Below, one piece after another: positions 22,232 through 31,460 of a DNA stretch of 64,000 nucleotides. The notes beneath the pieces are model-generated. The model was not told the origin of the DNA. It ran no database searches and was given only the letters and a program-made list of their open reading frames with translations. Origin of the DNA: Betaproteobacteria bacterium Ga0077526 (GTDB taxonomy: Bacteria > Pseudomonadota > Gammaproteobacteria > Burkholderiales > Ga0077523); NCBI GenBank assembly GCA_001464765.1, contig LNDV01000034.1:904671-968670 (forward strand), given 5' to 3'. The position numbers and the translations under genes are program-made. How positions within the stretch are numbered: the first letter of the stretch is position 1; every line of letters starts with the position of its first letter.

Positions 22232-23026
22232 CTACTGTCGGGGCTCGCCCGCTACGGGCACACTGCTCTCGAAGCGCAACTCGCTGGAGTCCACTACCTC
22301 CGCGCTGAGCGTTCCTTCCCCGTCGGGGACGAAGTTGAAGCGGAACGCGGGGTTCTCGCTGATCGAGAAATCGACGCTCGCCGACATCACCAGCCGGTCA
22401 CGCCACAGGACCCGAACTGTGCGGACGAACTGCGGGGGCTCCACCACGTGAGAAGTCTGGTCCACCGCGAGGCCGGACGTGTTCGGATGCCGGATGAGCA
22501 GCGCGACGGCGTTCGGGATGTCCTGGCGGATGGTATCGGGAAGCTGCCAGCGCATGCGGCCGAGCGTCGTCGCGTCTGCCGCACGCTTGTTGCCGGGAGC
22601 CGAGCAGCCGCCGGCAGCTTCGATGAACTTCGTGGTCATGCTGAGCGAGCCATCGGCGAACTCGGCCACCACGCGCACCGGGCTGTTGGTCTCGACACGC
22701 ACACGGGTCTCGATCTCCACGTTGCCCGCGGCCTCGCCGAACTCGAAGATCGCTGCGACGGGCGAGGGATTCCGGTCGATGAACAGGTGCAGTTTGCGGG
22801 GTGATGCCATTCCCGGGCGAGGTCGCGTGAGGATCGTCACCGGGACGACCGAAGCGTCCTCCGCGCGGGCGGGGAGGAACAGTACGAGCTCGGGACCGGC
22901 GGTGGTGATGGGCCGCGTGCCGAAGAGGCTCGCCTGCACCATGGGCCAGACATCCGTGGAGTCCTCCGCGGTGGCGGTGCCGGTGATGCAAAGCGAGGCA
23001 AGGGCGATGAGCAGGGCGCGGCGCAT
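22232..23026 (-). CDS. Fused SoxY-SoxZ-like sulfur-carrier protein
   Basis: Signal peptide MRRALLIALASLCITGTATA. SoxY-like half ends in IEAAGGCSAPG (GGC carrier-cysteine motif). SoxZ-like half carries LLIRHPNTSGL and ISENPAFRFNF. ATG 23026 preferred over 23080. Confidence 0.7.
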   Translation of the reverse strand: MRRALLIALASLCITGTATAEDSTDVWPMVQASLFGTRPITTAGPELVLFLPARAEDASVVPVTILTRPRPGMASPRKLHLFIDRNPSPVAAIFEFGEAAGNVEIETRVRVETNSPVRVVAEFADGSLSMTTKFIEAAGGCSAPGNKRAADATTLGRMRWQLPDTIRQDIPNAVALLIRHPNTSGLAVDQTSHVVEPPQFVRTVRVLWRDRLVMSASVDFSISENPAFRFNFVPDGEGTLSAEVVDSSELRFESSVPVAGEPRQ

Positions 23027-23167
23027 GGGTGGAACGATACGCCATCGGCCCGCGCTGTCACAGGGGGTGAGAACAGGCATCCCCTCGGCTGCACGGGCGA
23101 GGCGGGCAGCGACATCCTTGGCCGATCGCGACGAGTCTCGTGGCGGCTCAGAGGCTTACCGCGAGGC

Positions 23168-24409
23168 TCAGTCCGAACCGTAGCCCCGGACGCGGTTCGC
23201 TTCTGCTGCACTGACGGGCGATGCCCGGTTCGACCAGGCCGAACGGATGTACGTCACCACGGACGCGACATCCCCATCGCCCAGTGTCTGGCCGAAGGGC
23301 GGCATGCCGTGCGGCCGGGAATCGAACTTCGTGGCGGGGGCGTAGCCGCCGACCAGCACGATGCGGACGACGTTTGCGGGCGGGTTCATCACCACGGCGC
23401 GATTGCCGTCGAGCGCGGGAAAGACGCCTGGCCGCCCCTGGCCTTGATCGCCGTGGCAGTCCTTGCAGTGCTCTCCGTAAAGCGACTTGCCGCGAAGCCA
23501 GGTCGGGTCCTTCTCGTTCGGACTTTCGACGCGCGGCCTGGGGCGGATACGCGTCGGCAATGTGACGAGAAACTCCGACAGGGCGTCCATATCCTTGTCG
23601 TTCCAGTGCTGCATGGAGCGTGCGACGATCTCGGCCATCGGGCCGGAGGTGGTGGCTCGTGTCGAGCGGCCGGTGCGCAGCAGATTCGCGACCTCGGTTC
23701 GGGGCCATCCTGCGAGGCCGGCCTGCGCGGGGTCGTGCAGAGACGGTGCATACCACTTCTGCTCCGGGATCGTGCCGCCGTCGAACTCCGGATCGTTCTT
23801 CGTCACCGCGCCCAGCCAGTTGCGCGGCGCGTGGCAGGCGTCGCAATGGCCGAGGCCTCTGGCGAGATAGGCGCCTCGGTTCCACTGTTCGGACCGCGAC
23901 GGATCGGGCGCGAACGGTTCGGCGCGGAAGAACATGGCGCGCCACAAACGGAGCAGCCAGGGCTGGTCGAACGGCAGGCGGAGGTCGTGGGGTCGGTTGG
24001 CTTGCTTGCGTGGCGTGATGGTTTTCAGGAAGGCGAAGATCGCATCGCTGTCCTGCCGTGTCACTCTGGTGTAGTTGGGATACGGAAATGCGGGATACAG
24101 AAGACGCCCGCCACGCGACACACCGTCGTGCATGGCACGCCAGAAGTCTTCGGAGGACCAGGCACCGAGCCCGGTGTCCCTGTCCGGTGTGAGATTGGAG
24201 GCGTAGAACGTGCCGAAGGGAGTGGCCATCGGCTTACCGCCCGCGAATGGCGCGCCACCCCGCGCCGTGTGGCAACCCTCGCAGTTGCCGACGTTGGCGA
24301 GGTAGGCACCCCGTTCGACGATGTCGTCGCCGGCAGCGAGCCCGCTCGATGCCAACGCGACTGCGCAGACGGCGGCGTGAACGAGGAACAGGACAAATCG
24401 GCGGATCAT
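23168..24409 (-). CDS. Trihaem cytochrome c, dehydrogenase cytochrome-subunit type
   Basis: Three CxxCH motifs (CEGCH, CDACH, CKDCH). Signal-like N-terminus MIRRFVLFLVHAAVCAVALA. ATG 24409 overlaps the upstream stop (ATGA). Confidence 0.8.
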   Translation of the reverse strand: MIRRFVLFLVHAAVCAVALASSGLAAGDDIVERGAYLANVGNCEGCHTARGGAPFAGGKPMATPFGTFYASNLTPDRDTGLGAWSSEDFWRAMHDGVSRGGRLLYPAFPYPNYTRVTRQDSDAIFAFLKTITPRKQANRPHDLRLPFDQPWLLRLWRAMFFRAEPFAPDPSRSEQWNRGAYLARGLGHCDACHAPRNWLGAVTKNDPEFDGGTIPEQKWYAPSLHDPAQAGLAGWPRTEVANLLRTGRSTRATTSGPMAEIVARSMQHWNDKDMDALSEFLVTLPTRIRPRPRVESPNEKDPTWLRGKSLYGEHCKDCHGDQGQGRPGVFPALDGNRAVVMNPPANVVRIVLVGGYAPATKFDSRPHGMPPFGQTLGDGDVASVVTYIRSAWSNRASPVSAAEANRVRGYGSD

Positions 24410-25179
24410 CTTCCTGTGGCCGGTTCCGTCACCGTGAAACTCCCGCATTCCATCGGCGGCTTCCGGACAAGCGATCGGACAGCCTTCGTATCGGGCGGCA
24501 GCGGCTGCGAAGACAGCCACGCCGCCACGGCGCCGATGTCCTGCGGCGATAGCCTGCCGGCGATCTGTGCCATGCAATCGGGTGCGAAAGCGCGTCGCTG
24601 GCCGCTGCGCCACGCGCCTAGCTGCGCGTTGAGGTAGTCGCGGGGCAGCCCCAGCAGGCCGGGTACCGCAGGGGCGAACCCCGTGAGCGCCTCGCCATGG
24701 CATTGATTGCATGCAGGGACATCGTGGGCCGGATCCCCGCGAGTGACCAGTTCGCGGCCGCGTTCGAGCAAAGCCGATGACGCGGAAGCGGGTCGCGGCG
24801 GCGGATAGGGAAGATCGAGCGCCGCGAAGTGGCGCGCCATCTCGAGCAGATAGATGTCGGGCAGTGTGTCCAGCAGATGCGTCATCGGTGCGTAGCGTCT
24901 GCGACCGTCGCGGAAACTCAGCAGCTGCTGGAAGAGATAGCCGGCCGGCTTGCCGGCGATGCGCGGGTAGTAGCCGTCAGGGGCTGCCCGACCCTCGGGG
25001 CCGTGGCAGACGGTGCAAGCGCGCACCCGCAGTTCGATCGAGTCGGGAGCGGTTTCGACAGCCAATGCGAGGGGTGCGCTGATTGTCCAGGCGACCCCCA
25101 TCTGGGCCAGGTTCCGGAGAAACCGCCGGCACGAAGCCGAAATGCGTCGACCGCCGAAGAAACGCGTCACCGTGATCAT
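24406..25179 (-). CDS. Dihaem cytochrome c (c4-like)
   Basis: Two CxxCH motifs (CTVCH, CNQCH). Start uncertain: ATG 25179 sits directly after a terminator T-run; ATG 25101 is the alternative. Confidence 0.7.
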   Translation of the reverse strand: MITVTRFFGGRRISASCRRFLRNLAQMGVAWTISAPLALAVETAPDSIELRVRACTVCHGPEGRAAPDGYYPRIAGKPAGYLFQQLLSFRDGRRRYAPMTHLLDTLPDIYLLEMARHFAALDLPYPPPRPASASSALLERGRELVTRGDPAHDVPACNQCHGEALTGFAPAVPGLLGLPRDYLNAQLGAWRSGQRRAFAPDCMAQIAGRLSPQDIGAVAAWLSSQPLPPDTKAVRSLVRKPPMECGSFTVTEPATGR

Positions 25180-25180
25180 G

Positions 25181-25216
25181 AAAAAACAGAGGCGACGCTC
25201 GCGCGCCGCCTCTGTG
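25181..25216 (-). terminator. Intrinsic terminator ending the zapA/6S transcription unit
   Basis: Minus strand reads cagaggcg-gcgcgcgagcgt-cgcctctg followed by tttttt. Confidence 0.65.
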
Positions 25217-25400
25217 GAATGGGTGCCCCCCGCAAATGCCGTCAGGCCGGGCATCTTGAACCTGGGGTCCAAGAGTGGTCGCGTTCCGAGCGCCGTAGGT
25301 ACATCCACATGGGACGCGCACAAAAGCGCTGCTCAGGTCCGCAACCGGGTGGTTGACATTGGTTCAGAGAATTAACGACCTGTCGAACACCACAGGGAGC
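25205..25400 (-). ncRNA. ssrS: Candidate 6S RNA
   Basis: Non-coding stretch directly downstream of zapA, the conserved position of ssrS. Minus strand contains CUUGGACCCCAGGUUCAAGAUGCCCGGCCUGACGGCAUUUGCGGGG, resembling the E. coli 6S 3' half (CUUGAACCAAGGGUUCAAGGGUUACAGCCUGCGGCGGCAUCUCGGAG) as I recall it. 5' CCCUGUGG can pair with 3' CCACAGAGG. Ends are approximate. Confidence 0.55.
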
Positions 25401-25436
25401 GAAGACGATGTCTTCGAAAGACTTAACGGAAGGAAC

Positions 25437-25748
25437 TCAGAACAATTGATCCTGAGTTTTCATCGCCGCGTCGATCGAGGCTTGCATCGTTCCGATTCTA
25501 CGCTTCACCTCACCGAGGTCAACGCCGCCTGTCACCTTCGTGCGAAGGAGTTCGTGCGAGATGTTGAGGGCCGCCATGATGGCGATGCGTTCGATCCCGA
25601 CGACCTTGCCGGCGTCGCGGATCTCGCGCATCTTCTGATCGAGGTACTCGACGGCGCGGACGAGGTCGGCTCGTTCCTCGTCGGTGCAGGCCACCTTGAA
25701 CTCGCGACCCATGATGTTCACGTCCAGCGGCTTTGGCTCCTGGGTCAT
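25437..25748 (-). CDS. zapA: Cell division protein ZapA
   Basis: 103 aa. VNIMGREFKVACTDEERADLVRAVEYLDQKMREIR...AIMAALNISHELL is a ZapA signature. Confidence 0.85.
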   Translation of the reverse strand: MTQEPKPLDVNIMGREFKVACTDEERADLVRAVEYLDQKMREIRDAGKVVGIERIAIMAALNISHELLRTKVTGGVDLGEVKRRIGTMQASIDAAMKTQDQLF

Positions 25749-25960
25749 GGCGAGGTCTCCTCTTCGTCGTCCGCCGGGATGCGGGCGAGCAGCGCTTCGA
25801 GACGGACACGGGCCGTGGCGACCTTGTCCGTCAGCACGGCATTCTCGGCCTGCGACGCGGCGAGACCCTGGCGCAGTTCCGAGATCTCGGAGCGCAGACC
25901 CTCGGTCAGGCCGATGAGGGCCTGAATGCGGGCGTCGAGGGCGTCCAAGTCTTGTTCCAT
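25745..25960 (-). CDS. Small coiled-coil protein (TIGR02449 / ZapB-like) upstream of zapA
   Basis: MEQDLDALDARIQALIGLTEGLRSEISELRQGLAAS... has heptad character. 4-nt overlap with zapA. ATG 25960 preferred over the TTG at 25996 (see the promoter feature). Confidence 0.6.
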   Translation of the reverse strand: MEQDLDALDARIQALIGLTEGLRSEISELRQGLAASQAENAVLTDKVATARVRLEALLARIPADDEEETSP

Positions 25961-25966
25961 GACCGG

Positions 25967-25996
25967 ACTATACTGAAAAAAAACTCGCTGAGTCAA
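25967..25996 (-). promoter_or_regulatory. Sigma70-type promoter TTGACT-N18-TATAGT for the coiled-coil/zapA/6S unit
   Basis: Minus strand reads TTGACTcagcgagttttttttcagTATAGTccggtcATG. AT-rich in a GC-rich genome. The -10 element ends 6 nt before the ATG. Confidence 0.5.
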
Positions 25997-26206
25997 CCAC
26001 TAACGACCGCTTCTGCATGCTCTGGCTCAGAAGATGACATGCGCATCCGCGCGGTCGGGGATCGCGACGGCGGGACACGATGCCAGCGACGGGTCGGCGG
26101 CCGTGAATGCGCAGGCCAAGACCTGCGGTCCGGCACGTTCGGCGTATCGCGCCGGCATGCCCGCGGGCGGTGGTGAGGCGGCGGGGAATTCTGTTATCGT
26201 CCCTGC

Positions 26207-27958
26207 ATGCCGACTCCGACGAGCGCGCAGCTCTATTTTCGCCTCCTGCGCTACGTCCGCCCCTACTGGCGGGTGTTCGCTGCCTCCATCTTCGGCACCA
26301 CCGTGGCGGCGATCACCGAGCCCGCCCTGCCGGCCCTGATGAAGCCGCTGCTCGACGGAACCTTCGTCGAGAAGGACCCCTGGCTCATGCAATGGATGCC
26401 GGTGGCGCTGGTCACCCTGTTTCTGATCCGCGGCGTGGCCAACTTCGTCGAGAGTTTCTGTTCCAACTGGGTTGCCACCCGCGTCGTGCTCGACCTGCGC
26501 GAGGCCATGTTCCGCAAGTTCATGGTCCTGCCGGTCGACTTCTACGACAGCCAGGTGAGCGGCAATCTGGTCTCCAAGGTCACGTTCGACGTCACGCAGG
26601 TCACCTCCGCGGCGACTTCGGCCGTCACGATCTCCATCAAGGACAGCATCACCATCCTGGGGCTGCTTGGCTGGCTCTTCTATCTCAATTGGAAGCTGAC
26701 GCTCATCACTCTGGTGGCGGTGCCGGGCATCACGCTGATCGTGCGGCTGTTCAGCCGCCGCCTGCGTCGTGTCGGCCGCGAAGTGCAGGCCGCGATGGGC
26801 GATACCACCCAGGTTCTCCAGGAAGGCATCGACTGCCAGAAGGTCGTTAAGATCTTCGGCGGTGCGCCCTACGAGATCGGCCGCTTTCGCGCGAGTGCCG
26901 ATCGGGTCCGGGTCTTCAGCATGAAGTACGCCGCGGCCGCGGCGGCCAACACCTCGATCGTGCAACTCATCGCAGCGGTTGCTCTGGCGCTGATCATCAC
27001 CATGGTCGCGCGCCAGTCCGCCGCCAACGAGACCACCGTGGGCGGGTTCGTGTCGTTCATCACGGCGATGCTGATGCTCCTGCAGCCGCTCAAGCGCCTG
27101 ACCGGCGTGAACGAGCAACTGCAGAAGGGTCTGGCGGCCGCCGAAAGCATCTTCACGCTGCTGGATCGGGAGCCCGAGGCTGATACCGGCAAGACGGTTC
27201 TTCCCCGCGCACGGGGCGAACTGGTGTTCGAGGATGTTCACATCCGCTATCCGGGCGCGGAGCGCGCTGCGCTGAGCGGTGTCTCGCTCGCGATCCGTGC
27301 TGGCGAGACCATCGCGCTGGTCGGGCCCTCCGGCGGGGGCAAGACCACCATGGCCAACCTGGTGCCGCGGTTCTATCAGCCCACGCAGGGGAGAATCCTG
27401 CTGGATGGTCACGACCTTCGCGCGCTCACGCTGGACAGCCTGCGCGCGAACATTGCACTCGTGTCGCAGGAAGTCGCCCTGTTCAACGACACGATCGCAG
27501 GGAACATCGCCTACGGCGGGCGGGCCGGCGCGACCGAGGCGGAAATCATCGCGGCGGCCGAAGCGGCCCATGCCATGGGATTCATCCGCGAGATGCCGCA
27601 GGGACTCGCGACCGTGGTGGGAGAAAACGGTGTCCGCCTTTCCGGCGGTCAGCGCCAGCGGCTCGCCATCGCGAGGACGCTCCTCAAGGACGCTCCGATC
27701 CTCATTCTGGACGAGGCGACCTCTGCGCTGGACTCCGAGTCCGAACGTCAGGTGCAGGCAGCGCTGGAAAGACTGATGAAGGGCAGAACGACGCTCGTGA
27801 TCGCACACCGGTTGTCCACCATCGAAAATGCGGACCGGATCGTGGTGCTCGACAAGGGCAGCGTCGTGGAAGTGGGGACGCACGCGGAACTGCTTGCAGC
27901 CGACGGCATTTACTCGCGGCTGCACCGGATTCAGTTCGCCGCCGCCGCGTCCTCGTAA
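26207..27958 (+). CDS. msbA: Lipid A export ABC transporter permease/ATPase
   Basis: Six-TM ABC exporter domain followed by Walker A GPSGGGKTT, signature LSGGQRQRLAIAR and Walker B ILILDEATSALD; 583 aa. Confidence 0.85.
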   Translation: MPTPTSAQLYFRLLRYVRPYWRVFAASIFGTTVAAITEPALPALMKPLLDGTFVEKDPWLMQWMPVALVTLFLIRGVANFVESFCSNWVATRVVLDLREAMFRKFMVLPVDFYDSQVSGNLVSKVTFDVTQVTSAATSAVTISIKDSITILGLLGWLFYLNWKLTLITLVAVPGITLIVRLFSRRLRRVGREVQAAMGDTTQVLQEGIDCQKVVKIFGGAPYEIGRFRASADRVRVFSMKYAAAAAANTSIVQLIAAVALALIITMVARQSAANETTVGGFVSFITAMLMLLQPLKRLTGVNEQLQKGLAAAESIFTLLDREPEADTGKTVLPRARGELVFEDVHIRYPGAERAALSGVSLAIRAGETIALVGPSGGGKTTMANLVPRFYQPTQGRILLDGHDLRALTLDSLRANIALVSQEVALFNDTIAGNIAYGGRAGATEAEIIAAAEAAHAMGFIREMPQGLATVVGENGVRLSGGQRQRLAIARTLLKDAPILILDEATSALDSESERQVQAALERLMKGRTTLVIAHRLSTIENADRIVVLDKGSVVEVGTHAELLAADGIYSRLHRIQFAAAASS

Positions 27959-27965
27959 CCCGAGG

Positions 27966-30674
27966 TCAGTGCGCTTCTTCCCAGTTGGCGCCGACACCGA
28001 CGTCGGCCTCCAGCGGGACGGCGAGTTCGGCGACCGCAGCCATCAGCTGCGGCACATGCTCCCGGACGAGATCGATCTCGGCTTCCGGGACTTCGAGAAC
28101 CAGCTCGTCGTGAACTTGCATCACGAGCTTCGTGCCGAGCCCGTCCGCCACCAGCCAGTTCTGCACCGAGACCATGGCCAGTTTGATGAGGTCGGCGGCC
28201 GTACCTTGCATCGGCGCGTTGATGGCTGCGCGCTCTGCACCCTGCCGACGACCCTGGTTCTGCGCCCGGATGTCGGGCAGATACAGACGCCGCCCGAATA
28301 CCGTCTCCACGAATCCGCTTTCCCGCGCGGCCTGCCGCGTGCGCTGCATGTAATCGGCCACGCCGGGGTAGCGCATGAAGTAGCGGTCCATGTACTGCTG
28401 CGCCGCGCTGCGCTCGATCCCGAGCTGGGACGCCAGCCCGAACGCGGACATGCCGTAGATCAGCCCGAAGTTGATCACCTTGGCGTAGCGACGCTGCTCG
28501 CTGCTCACCTGGTCCGTCGCGATGCTGAAGATCTCGGCGGCCGTTGCCCGGTGCACGTCCGCACCCTCCCGGAAGGCCTTCAGCAGCGCTTCGTCCGCGG
28601 AGAGGTGCGCCATGATGCGCAATTCGATCTGCGAGTAGTCGGCGGACAGAATGCGGTGCCCTTCGGGTGCGATGAACGCCTCGCGGATGCGTCGCCCTTC
28701 GGCCGTGCGGACGGGGATGTTCTGCAGATTGGGCTCAGTGCTGGACAGGCGCCCCGTGACGGCGATGGCCTGTCCGTAGTTGGTGTGCACACGGCCCGTC
28801 CGTGGATTCACCATCCGCGGCAGCTTGTCGGTGTAGGTGGACTTGAGCTTCGAGAGGCCGCGGTAGTCCAGGATGCGTTTGGGCAGCGGATGGTCCAGCG
28901 CCAGCTGCTCGAGCACCTCTTCGTCGGTCGAAGGCGTGCCGCTCGGCGTCTTCTTGATGACGGGCAGGCCGTGCTTCTCGAAGAGGATTTCCTGGAGCTG
29001 CTTGGGCGAGTTGACGTTGAACGGCTGGCCGGCGAGCTCGTGGGCTTCCTTCTCGAGCACGAGCATCTTCTGGCCGAGTTCCGCGCTCTGCGCCTCCAGG
29101 CGACGGGAATCGATGAGCACGCCATGGCGCTCCATCGCCAGCAGCACCGGCATGACGGGCATCTCGATGTCGCGGTACACGCGGGCGAGCTTTTCGTCGG
29201 CGCTCACCTGGGGCGACAGGGAAAGATGCAGCTGGAGCGTGATGTCCGCGTCTTCGGCGGAGTACTGGGTGGCGGTCTCCACCGACACCTGATCGAAGCC
29301 GATCTGTCCCGCGCCCTTGCCCGCGACCTCCTCGTACGTGATCGTCTTCACGCCGAGATGCCGCATCGCCATGCTGTCCATGTCGTGGGGCTTGTGGCTT
29401 TCGAGCACATAGGACTGCAGGAGCGTGTCGTGCAGCACGCCGGCCACGCGAATGCCGTGATTGGCGAGCACGTGCATGTCGTACTTGGCGTTCTGGGCGA
29501 CCTTCGCCCTGGAGGCATCCTCGAACCACGGCTTCAGTCGCGCGAGCGTGTCGGCGAGACTCAGCTGATCGGGAGTACCGGGGTAGCGGTGCATCAGCGG
29601 CACGTACGCGGCTTCATGAGGAGACACCGAGAACGACAGCCCGACGATCTGGGCCGCCATCGGATCGAGACTGGTGGTTTCCGTATCGAAGCACGTGAGC
29701 TCCGCAGCGTGGATCTTCCCGATCCATCGATCGAGCGACTCGCTGTCGATCACGCACTCGTAGTGCTTGGGGGGCGGCGGCACGGCGAGCGCCGGTGCGG
29801 ACTCCGCGGTAGCCGGATCGGCGAGCGCCGACGACTTGAGTTCCTGGAGCCAGGTCTTGAACCCCATCCGCTCGAACCACTGGCCCAGCGCCGCGGTGTC
29901 CTCCGACTGGGGCGCCAGGGTCTCGAGAGCGAAGGGCAGCTCCACGTCACATTTGACCGTGAGGAGCTTGCGACCCAGCGGCAGCCAGTCGAGTGTCTTG
30001 CGCAGGTTCTCTCCCACGACTCCGCCGATGTCGGCGGCGTTGCGCACGATGTCGTCGAGGGACCCGTACTGCTGGATCCATTTGGCTGCCGTCTTGGGGC
30101 CGACCTTCTCCACGCCGGGCACATTGTCGACGCTGTCGCCCACGAGGGCGAAGTAGTCCACGATGCGTGCGGGGGGCACGCCGAACTTCGCCAGGACGCC
30201 GGCTTCGTCGAGCACCTCGTTCGACATGGTGTTCACGAGCGAGACGTTGGGGTCGACGAGCTGGGCGAGGTCCTTGTCGCCGGTGGACACCACGGCGCGC
30301 ATTCCCTCGCTGCTGGCACGAGTCGTGAGTGTCCCGATGACGTCGTCCGCTTCCACGCCGTCGACCATGAGCAGCGGCCAGCCGAGTGCACGCACCAGAG
30401 CGTGGATAGGCTCGATCTGCGCGGCGAGGTCTTCGGGCATGGAGGGACGATTGGCCTTGTACTGCGGGTACCAGTCGTCGCGGAACGTCTTTCCTTTTGC
30501 GTCGAAAACGCAGGCGATATAATCGGCCGGCACTTCACGGCGAAGACGCTTCAGCATGTTGACCACGCCGTAGACCGCGCCCGTGGGTTCGCCGGCGCGG
30601 TTGCGCAGATCCGGCAGCGCGTGAAACGCGCGGTACAGGTAGGACGAACCGTCCACGAGCAGAAGCGTTTTCAT
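27966..30674 (-). CDS. polA: DNA polymerase I
   Basis: 5' nuclease N-terminus MKTLLLVDGSSYLYRAFHALP, 3'-5' exonuclease domain, and pol motifs DYSQIELRIMAH and QVHDELVLEV; 902 aa from ATG 30674. Confidence 0.95.
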   Translation of the reverse strand: MKTLLLVDGSSYLYRAFHALPDLRNRAGEPTGAVYGVVNMLKRLRREVPADYIACVFDAKGKTFRDDWYPQYKANRPSMPEDLAAQIEPIHALVRALGWPLLMVDGVEADDVIGTLTTRASSEGMRAVVSTGDKDLAQLVDPNVSLVNTMSNEVLDEAGVLAKFGVPPARIVDYFALVGDSVDNVPGVEKVGPKTAAKWIQQYGSLDDIVRNAADIGGVVGENLRKTLDWLPLGRKLLTVKCDVELPFALETLAPQSEDTAALGQWFERMGFKTWLQELKSSALADPATAESAPALAVPPPPKHYECVIDSESLDRWIGKIHAAELTCFDTETTSLDPMAAQIVGLSFSVSPHEAAYVPLMHRYPGTPDQLSLADTLARLKPWFEDASRAKVAQNAKYDMHVLANHGIRVAGVLHDTLLQSYVLESHKPHDMDSMAMRHLGVKTITYEEVAGKGAGQIGFDQVSVETATQYSAEDADITLQLHLSLSPQVSADEKLARVYRDIEMPVMPVLLAMERHGVLIDSRRLEAQSAELGQKMLVLEKEAHELAGQPFNVNSPKQLQEILFEKHGLPVIKKTPSGTPSTDEEVLEQLALDHPLPKRILDYRGLSKLKSTYTDKLPRMVNPRTGRVHTNYGQAIAVTGRLSSTEPNLQNIPVRTAEGRRIREAFIAPEGHRILSADYSQIELRIMAHLSADEALLKAFREGADVHRATAAEIFSIATDQVSSEQRRYAKVINFGLIYGMSAFGLASQLGIERSAAQQYMDRYFMRYPGVADYMQRTRQAARESGFVETVFGRRLYLPDIRAQNQGRRQGAERAAINAPMQGTAADLIKLAMVSVQNWLVADGLGTKLVMQVHDELVLEVPEAEIDLVREHVPQLMAAVAELAVPLEADVGVGANWEEAH

Positions 30675-30703
30675 TTTCCTACGGCAGCTTCGAAGCAAAC
30701 AAG

Positions 30704-31432
30704 ATGACGACCAGGAACAAGATTCCTGTTCCGCTCGCACCGGAACTGCTGGAGAAATCGTGGTCCGCGCGCGAGTCGTGGCGGGTCTTCGGGATTATGG
30801 CAGAGTTCGTCGAGGCGACCGAACGGCTGAATGCCGTGCGTCCCGCGGTGAGCATCTTCGGCAGCGCCCGCACGCCGCCCGACCATCCCTATTACCTGCT
30901 CACCGAGCGCATCGCCCGACAGTTGTCCGATGCCGGCTTCGCGGTCATCTCCGGTGGTGGTCCAGGTGTGATGGAAGCCGCGAACAAGGGCGCCTTCTTC
31001 GGCCGCTCGCTGTCCGTGGGCCTCAACATCCAGCTTCCGCACGAGCAGCAGACCAATCCCTACCAGGACGTCAGTCAGACCTTCCAGCATTTCTTCGCGC
31101 GGAAGGTCATGTTCGTGAAGTTCGCCTCCGCCTACGTCGTGATGCCCGGCGGTTTCGGCACGCTCGATGAGCTCATGGAAGCCCTCACGCTGGTGCAGAC
31201 GCGCAAGTCGCGCCGCATTCCGATCATCCTGGTGCACGGCCCGTTCTGGAACGGGCTGCTCGACTGGATCCGTACGACCCTCGTCGCCGAACGCATGATC
31301 GATCCGACCGATGTGGACCTCATCCAGGTGATCGACGAGCCCGAAAAGATCGTGGAGGCCATCTTCGCCCACTACGAGAAGCGCGGTTTCGACCTCTCGG
31401 CGGCCGAGCGCGAAGCGCTCCTCAACCTCTGA
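30704..31432 (+). CDS. LOG / TIGR00730 family nucleotide 5'-monophosphate nucleosidase-like protein
   Basis: VISGGGPGVMEAANKGA and PGGFGTLDELMEALTLVQT motifs. Confidence 0.8.
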   Translation: MTTRNKIPVPLAPELLEKSWSARESWRVFGIMAEFVEATERLNAVRPAVSIFGSARTPPDHPYYLLTERIARQLSDAGFAVISGGGPGVMEAANKGAFFGRSLSVGLNIQLPHEQQTNPYQDVSQTFQHFFARKVMFVKFASAYVVMPGGFGTLDELMEALTLVQTRKSRRIPIILVHGPFWNGLLDWIRTTLVAERMIDPTDVDLIQVIDEPEKIVEAIFAHYEKRGFDLSAAEREALLNL

Positions 31433-31460
31433 CCGGGCCCCCGAGGGACAACGCCGCAAC

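Noticed and set aside
27828-30707. 959-aa ORF on the plus strand
   Set aside because: It is antisense to the clearly identifiable polA gene, and no domain motifs are visible.
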